Shown here piece after piece: positions 34,973 to 46,896 of a stretch of 64,000 nt of DNA. The notes beneath the pieces are model-generated. The model did no database searches and was not told the DNA's origin. It was given only the letters and a program-made list of their open reading frames with translations. Source of the DNA: Chara braunii. Taxonomy: Eukaryota > Plantae > Charophyceae. The position numbers and the translations under genes are program-made. The stretch spans positions 3,250,798-3,314,797 of the forward strand of contig BFEA01000023.1 of assembly GCA_003427395.1 (NCBI GenBank), read 5' to 3'. Positions within the stretch are counted from its first letter, which is position 1. Each line of letters starts with the position of its first letter.

Positions 34973-37822
34973 GAGCCTTGTCAAAGGCTCTGATTTCCGG
35001 TTCTTTTTTCCTGCCTTTTTGTTTTTTTTTTCCCCGTTTTCTGTCTTTCAGTAGTTGGCCATTACTGCGTTTTTTCTGGTCCTCTCAGAGGGATTGTCAG
35101 TGGAGATTACCCCCTTCCAAAAAAGAAGACCCTCCATTCCATCTAGTACACACAGTGCATGAAAGTCGGCGTTATATACTTATGATGTGCTATCGGGTCT
35201 CGCTCCCCCACTATACATGACTGTACATGCATTTGCCCGACTTGAGGACCAGGTGCATTCGGACGAGTCCAACGTTCTGAATGTACCGGGTCCAGAGTGT
35301 GCCGAAGTGCATGTAGACTGTTTGTGTAGTGGAGCGAGGGCCATCTTCTCTTGTACTACCAGCTTCGTTTTCTCTTTCTTTTCATCTTCTTTTTTTTTTT
35401 TTTTTTTTTTCCCGCTGTCTCTTCCTAACTCTTACACGTCCTCCTCCTCCTCCTCCTCCTCCAAAGTCTGCCATGTCGATCTGGCTTATCTATTTCTACT
35501 GTCGTCTTCCCCCGACCATAACGCACCGTGATAATGAATGTATGCAGCTATTTTCCCGGTTCGGTACATCCATAATGCCGTATAATGATTATAGGACTCG
35601 ACCCACCGCTATGTTTGCCGCCACGCTGGTCACCACCCACCGAACATCGGCTGGGAATTTGGGATCATAGAGTGAGCACTACCGGCAGCAGAGGGCATGC
35701 TCACGCTAGAAGCCTAGCACTGTTCTGAATGTATCTGACCGCAATTGCGGCCGGGTGTGAATGCACTTGACCCCAATCACGTCCATAATTCAGTCCAAAA
35801 AGTCTTCAAGTGTGAGTCTGCTCTGAGTGTGCTTGCTGGTTATGAATCACGGAGTGAGTGAATACCGGTGAACCACTCTTGCCGCTCAACGGGATTTCCT
35901 CTTCCCCTGCCTCTCTCCCCGTCCACCATCTCCTTTAGACATCTAAATGTATGTGACCGCAAATGCGGTAAGAAGAGCCCAACCTGCTGATATGTAAACT
36001 GTCATCACTGAGGAATCCTCCTTAGACATCTTTAAAGCACAATGCACCCACATTGACTGTGGTAGAATGGAGTAATCAGTAACCTGACTGGTGCCTACCG
36101 GCAGGTAACTGGGCCACTGAACTTGGAATCGCCCGGAATCACCCTTAGGGGCAAAGTACTCAGACTACCGTCTTCCGCCGAACACAACGCACCCTCATTT
36201 TGGCTGTATCTGGCCGCAAATATAGCTTGTATACATTCATTTTAAGGGCGCGTTATGTTCGGTGGAAGACGGTAGGCCCTCAAAGTGGCAGAATGGCAGT
36301 GAGCGCGGCCAGATAGAGTCCTCAGACATGTGGGAGGACTCTATCTAGTTGCTCATTTTGCGCCTTTTTGCGGTTTTGAGCACCTCGTGTGAGTATGCCG
36401 TGAATCGCCCTGAATCCCTCTAGTACAAACCGTAATTACTCGAGTACGAGATCCAATGTCTTGTCTTTCTTGCGTGGGCTCAGTAAAGTCAGGCCTTTGG
36501 CTTCAGGTACGTCGTGTGTCCTGAGGTTGCCTGGAAGTCCAGTCCACGTGGGAAATTGGTCATTTGATCCAGTCGAACTTTCCCAAATAGGTAAGAGAAC
36601 TCGAAGCAAGTACATTCATACGGCTCGTACCTAACCTCTTACAGGTGTCTGTAGTGAATATGGTGAAATCATACTCTTGCCCCATCCATCAGTAAAGGTG
36701 AAAGGTTATTTAATAAATAAAGAAGAAGAAGAAGAAGAAGAAGAAGAAGAAGAAGAAGAAGAAGAAGATCCGGGGTCGGTAGGAATACAGCAGCCAATTC
36801 AGGATAGATTCCGGGTCGGTAGGAATACAGCAGCCAATTCAGCATAGATTCGGGGTCGGTAGGAATACAGCAGCAGCCAATTCAGGGTAGATTCGGGGTC
36901 GGTAGGAATACGGCAGCCACTTCAGGCTCGATTCAGGCCTCTCGAGGTTCCTTAGAGGTATACCGCGCACACAGCGCCCGATTCACCGTCTGTAGGCTGA
37001 TTGAACATGTTCGGTATAGTGTAAGGACTGCCGTCAGATGACTGTGCCTACCAACCCTGAGTCAGCGTCAATTGACTCTGGATCAATCTCCTGACTCTGC
37101 TGAACTTTCCTCTTGCCCTGGCTCGCTCCTCGTCTCCTTTCCTTGCTAAGAAGTTCTGAGTTCTGTTGCTTGACACTAAGTTCTGTTGCTTGACACTAAG
37201 TTATGTTGCTTGACAGTAAGTTCTGTTGCTTGACACCCAAGCAGCTAAGTGCCAGGCTCAGCCTTGGGGGGTTTGAAGAGTCGTTCACTTCCATGATTGG
37301 TAATTGTACCGGGAAAGGAAGGCTTCATAATCAAGTAAAAGCGCTTTGAACATGTTTGGTGGGAGCCTAACCCACTCATGGGACAGAGGCAAGGCCCTGA
37401 TGTGATGTAGTGGTAATCAATCCGGAGTTTTGCGGACTGTGGCATTCTATTGTGGAAGCACTTACAGTTGTTACCAAAGCACTGCAGAAAACACCCAACT
37501 TTTCAGCCCAAAACTTACAGGTGTGTGTGTGTGTGTGTGTGTGTTTGTGTGTGTGTGTCTGTGTGTGTGTGTGTGTGGTGAACAGGTTAAAGGGGACTGG
37601 CTGAAACCTGGGGCCGCAGTGATTGATGTTGGAACAAATGCAGTGGATGATCCAACAAAGAAGAGTGGATACAGATTGGTTGGAGATGTTGATTTTGAGG
37701 AAGCGAAGAAGGTTGCAGGGCATATCACTCCCGTGCCCGGGGGAGTAGGCCCTATGACTATTGCTATGCTATTGCAGAACACTCTAGACAGTGCTAGAAG
37801 GTCCGCTGAAGCACAAGCATAG
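29727..37822 (+). CDS. folD: Bifunctional methylenetetrahydrofolate dehydrogenase/cyclohydrolase (FolD), probably the cytosolic form; join(29727..29834,31408..31591,32159..32316,34718..34930,37586..37822)
   Basis: Five exons with GT-AG introns join in frame: 108+184+158+213+237=900 nt = 299 aa + TAG. Motifs: [92 protein letters not shown]. No obvious transit peptide. Confidence 0.95.
29970..30559. other. Assembly gap in FolD intron 1 (other gaps: 21411-21475, 60326-60826, 62164-62653)
   Basis: N runs. Confidence 0.99.
30745..31032. mobile_element. MITE-B in FolD intron 1
   Basis: Homologous to 13984-14279; flanked by GTTAGTCG twice. Confidence 0.8.
31408..31591 (+). CDS. folD: FolD exon 2
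   Basis: ATCAG|[10 protein letters not shown]...NPDVH G|GTAGGG. Confidence 0.93.
32159..32316 (+). CDS. folD: FolD exon 3
   Basis: Polypyrimidine tract + CAG|(G)ILVQLPLP...PCTPK|GTGAGT. Confidence 0.95.
32915..33250. mobile_element. MITE-B in FolD intron 3 (with TTTG expansion)
   Basis: GCTACCAG/CTGGTAGC TIR; imperfect TSD TGGAAATA/TGGAAAAA. Confidence 0.8.
34718..34930 (+). CDS. folD: FolD exon 4
   Basis: GGCAG|GCVELL...AGRAHL|GTAAGT. Confidence 0.95.
36168..36272. mobile_element. 105-bp mini-MITE with TA TSD (Tc1/mariner-like), FolD intron 4
   Basis: TA|CCGTCTTCC...GGAAGACGG|TA, ~28-bp imperfect TIRs; second copy at 44919-45023. Confidence 0.75.
36720..36925. repeat. (GAA)n followed by 4 x ~40-bp minisatellite
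   Basis: Unit CGGGGTCGGTAGGAATACAGCAGCCAATTCAGGATAGATT. Confidence 0.9.
37157..37236. repeat. 4 x 20-bp minisatellite
   Basis: TAAGTTCTGTTGCTTGACAC. Confidence 0.9.
37586..37822 (+). CDS. folD: FolD exon 5
   Basis: AACAG|[10 protein letters not shown]...SAEAQA TAG. Confidence 0.95.
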   Translation, partial: VKGDWLKPGAAVIDVGTNAVDDPTKKSGYRLVGDVDFEEAKKVAGHITPVPGGVGPMTIAMLLQNTLDSARRSAEAQA

Positions 37823-37829
37823 CCACGTT

Positions 37830-37888
<59 letters not shown>

Positions 37889-38369
37889 CTGGGGGAGCGA
37901 AGGGTTCTCGGACTATGGATGGAAGAGATGTTTATGGAATTCACTGATGCGTGAAGAGAAGATTGAGGGGTTGAGATTGCTTAGGGTAGCAGCCTGGCTG
38001 GCTGTGTGAGGTAGGGTGGGGATGCTAAGTCAGTGGTTGGAGCGCAGTTAGTGGTTGGAGGGGGTCTTGTTGTTCAAATTTTTGGATTTAGCGGAAATGC
38101 ATTCCGCGGGAGCCAAATTTTGTCATTTTGATCAACGATGAGATTCTCGTGAAATTGATTGAGTCTGATGTTTCAACGGTTGTCAGAGTCAGCAGCAAGT
38201 CTGTCAGAGGGTCAATTATTGTTCTTTCTATCAGAATTTCTGGGAGCTGCAGTTGAATTGTTATTCTTCTATTAGATCTACTAGTCAATCATTTGTGCAC
38301 ATGTTTAGAGTCATTATGGATATTGGAGATGTTCCACACTTCTTTTGTGGGAGGAGGGAGGAGGGCGGA

Positions 38370-39275
38370 GTCCAGGAGGTGAAACGACTGTAGGTGGGGG
38401 TGTTAATTAGATGAAAATGAACGAAAATAACGAGGCTCCCTGCACATACGAGGTTCTAAGATATTCATCCGTTAACCAGTTCCTGGAAGCTGATATCTAG
38501 CCGGTTAACCAGTTCCTGGAAGCACATACGAGGTTCTAGATGAAAATGAACGAAAATAGCCGGTTCTCTGGGAGTTAACTGGGAGGAGATGATATCCCCA
38601 GTTCACTGGGAGTTAACTGGGAGGAGTCGATATCCGGTTCACTGGGAGTTAACTGGGAGGAGATCCTATCCTGTTCCAGGAGGTGAAACGACCGTAGGTG
38701 GGGGTACTCTAATTAGATGAAAATAACGAGGCTCCCTGCACATACGAGGCTCTAAGATATTCATCCGTTAACCAGTTACTGGAATCTGATAGACGGTTCA
38801 CTGGAAGTTAACTGGGAGGTGTTGATATCCGGTTCACTGGGAGTTAACTGGGAGGAGATGATATCCCCGGTTCACTGGGAGTTAACTGGGAGGAGATCCT
38901 ATCCTGTTCGATAAGAGTTAACTGGGACGAGGGCAATGGGAGTTAACTGGGACAAGGTGATATTCAGGGAACTGGGAGGAGGTGATTTCCAGTTAAACCG
39001 AAGGAGAGGCGATGATACCCGGTTAATTGGGAGGAGGTCATATGCAGTTTAAACCACCAGTACTTCCTAAAGTGGTGCCCGTTAACAAGCCACGATTTTA
39101 AAGGAAACGTACCGGTCACTACAGGAGCGCCCAAATTCATCCGACTAGAAACGTTTCTATTCTATTTTTCTGGACGGTCGAATCGGGTCGATAGCTGGGC
39201 CAAGTACAGTAACTTGTGGTTTCACGGTACTGGGAGGAGGTGATGTCCAGTTAACTGGGAGGAGTTGATATCCAC
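38370..39275. repeat. Complex tandem repeat downstream of FolD
   Basis: Many GGTTCACTGGGAGTTAACTGGGAGGAG units plus a duplicated ~130-bp block (38372-, 38675-). Confidence 0.8.
39048..39210. mobile_element. ~160-bp dispersed MITE-like repeat (copy also at 44486-44639)
   Basis: Shared body ACTACAGGAGCGCCCAAATTCATCC.ACTAGAAACG; composite TIR TTTAAACCACCAGTACTT / AAGTACTGGTGGTTTAAA. Confidence 0.65.
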
Positions 39276-39776
39276 CCCATACCAGTCACCAAGCGTGATA
39301 TGACGTAGCAGTGACAAATATGGGTGGGTGGGGTGTGAGGTGTCTTACCGGTAGAGAGAGGAAGGTGGTTGGTTGAGGGTTGGAGGTGAGTGGAGCGGCT
39401 GGTGACCGGTGGGGATGTGGGAATAATGTCCACGTGCGGCATCGCTCTGCTCAATTGTTGTGCGCTAAGCGGGTCGTGTCATCACCCCATACAGCTGCAT
39501 GAATGACAGCACGTGGCATTGGGATGCAGCTGCTCACGAGTGGAAAATTGACACGTGTCCATTTGTCTTTTTTGTGGGATGACCATGCATGGTTAATCAC
39601 GTGGGGCAATTGTCCCACGTGAGTAGAAACCCACTCACGGATGTGATGGGCTGAGACAATTACACGTGGATGAAGGTCATTTCGACTGGATGGAATTCAT
39701 TCAAGAACGTTGTTTGGCCTTCTTGGGAATGTCAGCCGATGATGCGGTGATGGATGTGTTTCTTTTCTTTGTTTTN

Positions 39777-39815
<39 letters not shown>

Positions 39816-40324
39816 CTGATTCCTCCCTTTTTGGGGGTATTCCTTCCCCCCTCCCCCCCCGCCTTTCCGTGGCTAGTTTCATCAAGCCAGTCTTTTTTCT
39901 TCTTTTTTCAACCACCACTACCTTCGAGCCGCTTTTTGTAGACGCGAAAAAGAACTGTTCGCCAAGCTTTGCCGAAGCTGCTTTTTTTTTCTTTCTTTTT
40001 TTTCTTTTCTAGTGCGACTTTTTTTCTTCTTTTGGCTGTGGGCCTGTGGGCACCACCAGCCACTTTGGTCCGGGGCTAGGAAGAATGCATTGTCTGGTAT
40101 TTTTGTGTTTTGAGTTTGCCTGTGAAAGGTAGTGGTGGTTTAAACCTCTTTCTTCTCTCTCTCTCTTTTTTTTTCTTTTCTTAACTAAGGTATATATTCT
40201 TCTCTCAAAATCACATTTCACTACCTACCTACCACTACTTTTAAGCCCTATAGGGAACCCCTACAAGCACAGATACTTCTGACAATCAAGGGGATGCATA
40301 TTGTCCCCCCCCCCCCCGCCCGAA

Positions 40325-40572
40325 TTGGCTAAAGAGCCGTGTCTAAACCCACAGCCAACCCACACCACACACAACCCACCCCCACACACAGCAACACACG
40401 TCACACTCACCAATGTTGGCTGAAGAACCTACTAATGATACTGACTACCGGTAGGGGGAGCAAGGCGACTATCTCAGCTTGTTGGCACCAAGCGTCCGCA
40501 GGCAATCTGTGGGGATTGAACCCACGACCTCCTGAATGCCACTTGCATGCGCAACTGACTGAGCTAGGCGCC
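40325..40572 (-). mobile_element. tRNA-derived SINE
   Basis: Minus strand GGCGCCTAGCTCAGTCAG (A box) ... GGTTCAATCCC (B box), then a GT-rich body shared with 44150-44354. Confidence 0.7.
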
Positions 40573-43500
40573 TTGCTTGCCTTAAAGTTTTTGAAAGGTC
40601 CGAGAACAGATTAATTAGGTACCCTGGGTCTCTACATCCAAGCTTGGACCTAACCCCCTTAGAACCCTAAGCATTTTTAATTACAGCTGAGCAATTTGGA
40701 ATAGCAGACCCCTCCTTCCACTTTACCAGTGTAGAACCCCCCTTCATCACACTGTCCCCATCACTTTGCACCGAACATCAAGTTAAGAGTAGACCGTACC
40801 AGTTTTGAAATGTCCGTACTGTCTGTAGATAACCAGCATTTTCATTTTGCTGGTTATCTACAGAGTCGAAGTACAGATAATACATCTAGGCATGTGCACC
40901 AGCGTACCCTGTACCCGTTTCGAAATGACGTGCCTGTCTGAGGTAGAACGTACCTGGTTATCTGCACAGTCCAAGTACAGATGATGCATCCGGCCGTGTG
41001 CACCATGCAGGCAGATTCTGTCAGGGTCAATTTTGACATTTACCATCCCATTGGGCTATTTGGGTTCCCAGTCCTCAAATGTGAACCCCACTTTCTCTTT
41101 ATATGGCACAGGATAATTTGGCAGGGTCCCCATTTTATTTTACAAGGGGAATCTGGCCATGACTGCCCCCCCCCCCCCCAACCCCCGCACCTCTCTTCAC
41201 TGAAGCAAATTCACAAAGCCAGGAATTGTATGGCAGAGGACTAAGGGGTAGGCCCCACTTGTGCTACGCTCATGCTTGGAGAGCATGAACCTGACCATGA
41301 TAACGACATGTCATGCCCCAGTGGTGCTACGCTCATGCCAGGGCCCAGGCTTTCTCAGCGTGAACATAACAACAGTGGAGCGTGGCCCTGACACCCACAG
41401 CAAGTGTGGCTGACTGTACACACTAGAAACTGTGGACAGTCGAGAGAGAAAGACGAGACCAAAAATGGCTTGCCATTGGGAAGCAACAAGCTCAGAGGAA
41501 TTGGAGAAAAGAACTTCCTTTTGTGCTTTTGCTGTTCAGCGGCCCTGTTCACGTTCTTACCTGCCCTTCTGCTCAAGATGGGACAGAAGGTTAACCGACC
41601 CCCCCATTTTGCACCCCCATTTATAAAAAAAAACAAAGGGTCATGGATGTGAAGGTTACCCTAGGGGTGGAAAGTGGGGGTACCTGTTAACCATTTGTGT
41701 ATCTCTTTTCAATTGTCGGCCATTGAAGAAACCATACTACAAAATGCAATGCTTTCTGTGGCCAAGCAGAGTTTAGGAGTGAGGCTAATCCCAGAGTCTG
41801 GAGATATGGACCCAATGCTTCTACGTGGATATACAAGATTGGAAGTCGAGCATTTGGTTAAAAAAAAAAAGAAGAAAAAAAGGTGTGTATACTAGATACG
41901 GCTTTTTTTTTTTTTTTTTTTTTTTTTAAAGCACCAGTACCTTTCCCGCGTGGGAAAATAGGGAAAACTGGCAGTTTTCCCAAGCCCTGAATTTCCGGAG
42001 GTCAGGCCCGACGACGACTACCGTTGATAAATCTGATCGGCGGCCAATGCCCTGGGGCCTGGTCCCACTAGCAGCTGTTTAGTTTAGAAATGTAATACAG
42101 TGGGACACGAGTGACACACTTTGGCCATTGGATGTAACAGATCGGACGCCCAGTCATGGTCATGGGCGGTTTAGAAGAATGCAATAAAATGTTAAAGAAA
42201 ATTCAAAGAAAGGCAACAAACAGAAAAGAATAGTCTCTTAACACTGGCAATGCCCACACAATCCTTTTCCCGCCCAAAGGCCCGCAGTCTTTGATTCTAG
42301 CCTACCAAGCAGTAGGCTAGAAACAAGGACTGCCTCCTGTGTGTGAAGAAAGCTGTGGTTGGTCTGTCAGTCGTCAGATTCAACTGTCAGGTCTCTCTTT
42401 ACTTTTTCTCTCTCAATGCAAATTTGATATAGCACATCTTTGTCAGGCAGCCCACTAATCTAACGGCTGCACAAATTTTAGCTTTTCTTTTCTTTGCTGT
42501 CCTGGCTGTCACACAACTCCAAAACTAAACTAAACCTCCCTCTAGTGGGTCCAGGCCCCTGGGGCACGGTTCCACTAGCACAAGAGTCATGGCCTGGTGC
42601 GACGCCTGCCACACTCCAGAAAAACGAAGAAAACTCCAGAAAAACGAAGAAAAGGGAAAAAAGAAAATTAAAGTGGTGACTTCTCAAGTCCCAAGGTGGG
42701 GACGAGCCCGACCTTTGGAAGTGCTGCAAGAGGCTGTGCCATCTTCTTGAACCGTAGAATGGACAATGGATGAATGTATCCCTCGCAGAAAGTAGCCAGA
42801 TTCACTTCTTCCATCTTTCTTTATTGCCTGAGGGTGCACTTATGACAAGTGCTACGTGACGATTGCAGTCCGAGTCTCACGTACCACAGAGAGGGAGTGG
42901 AGTCCCTTGGTGTGCCCGACGGGACTGCCTCCTGTGACGGTTCCCATGCTTGAAGTCCTTATATTTTGAGAAAGAAATTAAGTACTCGAGGGGCTTTCTA
43001 TTGACCGGAAAAGAAAGCACGGTCAATATGAACCGCTTAGAGTACTTGATTTATTTTTTTTGTTTTCGACAACTACCAATCAAAAACAGACTTGGTATTT
43101 CTTTTCCCCACATCCTGTTATTCACCAAAAAAAAACAAACAAGAAAAAGTAAATTAAAACACAAATTTTAAATATACACACATCTTTATTTTGCTACCCT
43201 CGGATTTCGATGCAGCAACGGCTGGTGGATGTCCCCCGGACGTCCCACAGGTGTCGCCGTGCGACAATATACCTTACTCGGTTGCTAGTGGACCCGTGCC
43301 CCTGGGGGGTACCCTTCGCGGCTGGGCTTTCGACCACGTGCGGCCTGGGGTGACTCACGCCAGCCGCAGATCGCCATCCACATCGACTGCCGTCATGTTT
43401 TGTAGTCGGGGAAGGCCGTCGTAATGGCACCCGGCCAGTAGGAAGTTTTAAAAATCTTTTGTGCCTGTTTTTGTTCGCCACATTCCGTTGGCGCGAAGCT

Positions 43501-44149
43501 TCAAAATCAGTGTTTTTTTACCCATGGGGTGATTTTGAAGCTTCGATTTTCCTTATTTTGTCGATGAAAAATTTAGAAAAATGTGGGATTCGGAGTCCTT
43601 CGGCTGTCGTTTGTGCGCAGTGGCCACGAAACACGGCGCGAAGAGATGTGCCAGTGTTGTCTTGTGGGTTCCTAGCACACAGTCCGAAGGCCGCGCTGCA
43701 CTTACATACCGAGAGCAGCGGCCGCACATGCCCACAATGTCCACCCGAATTCATCTGGGGCGGCGGCCAGCGGGGTCACATGCGTTCCATCGTTTTGGGT
43801 CCGGTGTCATAATGAGGGATGGCAGTCATAATTGCCGGTTACTTTTTTTTTTTTTTTTTTTTTTTTTTGGGGTGATTACAACTGTCTAGATTCTTCTCTC
43901 AACTTCTGTTTGTTTACCTTCCAGTAACTACTCCTAAGACTATCTAGAGGGGACCCCTGCAAGCATAGTTTTCCTCTCTCTGTGAAGGGGAGATTTCATG
44001 TTGCCCCTTGCCCCTAATGGTTAGGGTATAGGGTTGGGGCTGCCAGTGGGGGTCTGGCTAACACAAAGACTGAGACCTGCCAGTAGCTGTGCCTCACTGC
44101 CTCCCTTTCTCATCGTCCCCCACCCTTCATCGAGTAGCAGCAGAGGTTA

Positions 44150-44354
44150 TGGCTAACACTCTCCCACACACCACACACAAACCACTCGCGCTCACACTCA
44201 CACCCGTGTTGGTCATAGACCCCACTAATACCGATCAGGGGTATCCATAGGACTATCACAGTCCGTTGGCACTAAGTGCACCGCAGGCGGCCATGGGGCT
44301 TGAACCCACCACCTCCTGAATGCCACTTGCATGCCTAACCAACTGAGCTAGGCC
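44150..44354 (-). mobile_element. tRNA-derived SINE (same family)
   Basis: GGCCTAGCTCAGTTGG ... GGTTCAAGCCC head, homologous body. Confidence 0.7.
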
Positions 44355-44918
44355 ATTTTTGGTGTTCATCGCCTAAAACAAAAAATGGACGAAAACAATT
44401 TCTGGACATTTTTGTTAATGCTGAAAAAGTGCCAAACACCGATTTACGCTTCGCGAGTGGGTCGAGGCACCTGACAAGAAAGGACACCAGTACTTCCTAA
44501 AGTCTCGTAACGTTAACGCTATGCAATTTTAGGAAACGTACGGGCCACTACAGGAGCGCCCAAATTCATCCAACTAGAAACGTTTCTACTCTATTTTTTT
44601 TCCGCGGCTGATAGCTGGGCCAAGTACTGGTGGTTTAAATGATGCTATTTTTCCAGAGAGCTGGCAAGGTCTTAAACGAGCAGTACCTGGCCCATACATT
44701 GACTTTGACTGTGGGGGTTTCACGTTAACGAGCCACGACCTGTGGGCTCCGGGGGACCGGACCGCAAAACGGCGCCCCGGCAGTTCGGCAAAACTTGGCG
44801 TGCAGGGGGGTTCCTGGTGCGGCTTGGACAGGGGAGTTTAAGTACTTGTGGTTCAATGAGAATTGTCTCAGACCTCTTCCTCTATCGACCTTCGTACAGA
44901 ATAGTGGGGAGACAGCTA

Positions 44919-45023
44919 CCGTCTTCCCCTGAACACAACGCAACCTTATTTTGGCCGCATCTGGCTGGAAATATAGCTTGTATACATTCATTTTTAGGGT
45001 GCGTTATGTTCGGGGGAAGACGG
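44919..45023. mobile_element. 105-bp mini-MITE with TA TSD
   Basis: Copy of 36168-36272. Confidence 0.75.
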
Positions 45024-45258
45024 TAGTACACAGCCCCAGCCTCTCAGAAACTTTTTGTCGCCACAAGCAAAACTCGGAGGGGGCGTGCGGTCCGGGGCGC
45101 GCCATTGGCAAGAAAAATCGGCGGCCTTCGAAGTGGTGCGGGTTTCATGCTGACACCTGTGGACCTATGTGTGGCGTCAAGGTGGGCAAGTGCATCTCAA
45201 CAAAGTTCCTTGCTGGGTTGAATGAGAAACGGCCAACCAACAAGACTCGTGTTTTTTA

Positions 45259-45424
45259 GGGTCAGATCCCACTGGCAAAGAGGATTGGAATAAGCCTTTG
45301 AATCTGGACTTGTTTGTGGAGAGGTGCAAAAAAATGTGATTGATCTGCTTTTCTGCATCTTTGTGAGGAACACGTCCAGATTCGGCCACTTATTCCAATC
45401 CTCTTTGCTAGTGGGATTTGGCCC
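45259..45424. mobile_element. 166-bp Tourist/PIF-Harbinger-like MITE
   Basis: TTA|GGGTCAGATCCCACTGGCAAAGAGGATTGGAATAAG ... CTTATTCCAATCCTCTTTGCTAGTGGGATTTGGCCC|TTA. Confidence 0.85.
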
Positions 45425-45682
45425 TTAGGGACTGTGATTATGATGCAGAAGTGGCCTCGGTCAGCAATGACAAAGATTGTTATTGACCAGAACACTTGGG
45501 CGCAGAGAAGAATCAGTCAGCCTGGAAGTAGTACAGAAGCTCAGGACGGGAATAGAGGAGAACCATTGACAATTTTAGGATTGCCACATGGAATGTCCGA
45601 GGCCTGGGGGACACGACAAGGCGAGCGAAGAGGACCAGCCTCAAGTCATTGATTCATAAACACAAGGTGCACATCATACCAA

Positions 45683-45760
45683 GGGGCCTAGCTCAGTTGG
45701 TACGCACCTGAACTGTTGAAATACAGACTCAGGCTCGAATCCAGATGCCGTCAGATGTGG
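45683..45760 (+). pseudogene. Degenerate tRNA-like / SINE head
   Basis: GGGGCCTAGCTCAGTTGGTA (A box) ... GGCTCGAATCC (B box); no intact cloverleaf. Confidence 0.5.
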
Positions 45761-45939
45761 AGAACAAAATCATTCTGGTGGTTTGAACAAACGGACTCAC
45801 TAGAAAGGAGACGGACACGACTTATTCAACCCCGTTGAAGATACTCGAAGTGAAGAACTTGCTGTGAAGACTCAAGATCGTCGTGAAAAAAAATTAATGA
45901 GGTTGCTTCAGGTTGAACACAAAACCTGAAGGACCCAGG

Positions 45940-46896
45940 ACTGTTTGAGTGGGTAGGAAAATTTTGGAGCAAGTGAGAATCTTCCAAATCCCTCTTTCAG
46001 TCCTTAGGGGACTGGTGGGACACAGGCATCTCTATCACTTCCAACCTGCTTAGCATTTTATCAATGGTCCTGACAGCCAAGAGGAACGAAGAGGAACATG
46101 GTATTAGGGGCAGGCTAAGTAGAATCGAAGAAAGGATGGGCTTACACATGATCTCAGCGGCGGTTTGGGCGGAAGAAAGAGGAAAGGTATTGGCGGAATG
46201 GGATGAACAGCAGATCAAAAAATTGGAAATATGGGCGGAAAGGTTACGGTTAAAGGTATGGTGGTGTATGACAGGATGGCGAAAGACTCCTTTCAAAACC
46301 TCACTTCAAAATCAGCATCTCAATCGATGACTACTCTTCGACACCCCTTCGTCTCGGCTTGTCACCCGACGGGTTATTCCAAGGAATGTACGACTACTTC
46401 AAGAAGTTCAAGGACATCCTTACCTTTAGAAGGCCGAGCCAATGCATCAATCTGGATCTATCTTCTGGCTCAAACCACTGGTCTAAAGTAACAACTCGAT
46501 TGAGTTTATCAGACAGACAAAGGTTAGACTTAACAATCTCATGTCGAAGATGAAAGTAGCGGCCAACGCAATGGCGAAAGGAAAAGCCCCCGGAAGGGAT
46601 GGCTTGCCTATTAAGTTATACCTCCACCACTGGGAACTCCTTGGACCTCATTTGCATACGATGTACAGTGCAGTTATGGTAGGGGGAAATATGGCAACGC
46701 AAATGTCGTACGGATTATTTTTGCACTCTACAAGAAAGGCAACAAGGCAGACATAAGGGATTGGAGACCAATCTTCCTCCTTAAAGTATCATATAAATTT
46801 TTGGCTAAGTCCCTAGCTAGGTGCTTACCAATGTCTTCCTTGCTTGTAAGATAGGGATCAAACCGCCTTTGTGCAAGGCATAATGATATTCGATAA
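45940..46896 (+). mobile_element. L1/Tx1-type LINE ORF2 remnant, 5' part (linker + start of RT)
   Basis: KGKAPGRDGLP..Y...WELLG, KKGNKADIRDWRPIFLL.VSYKFLAK, DQTAFVQG..IFD. Confidence 0.85.
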
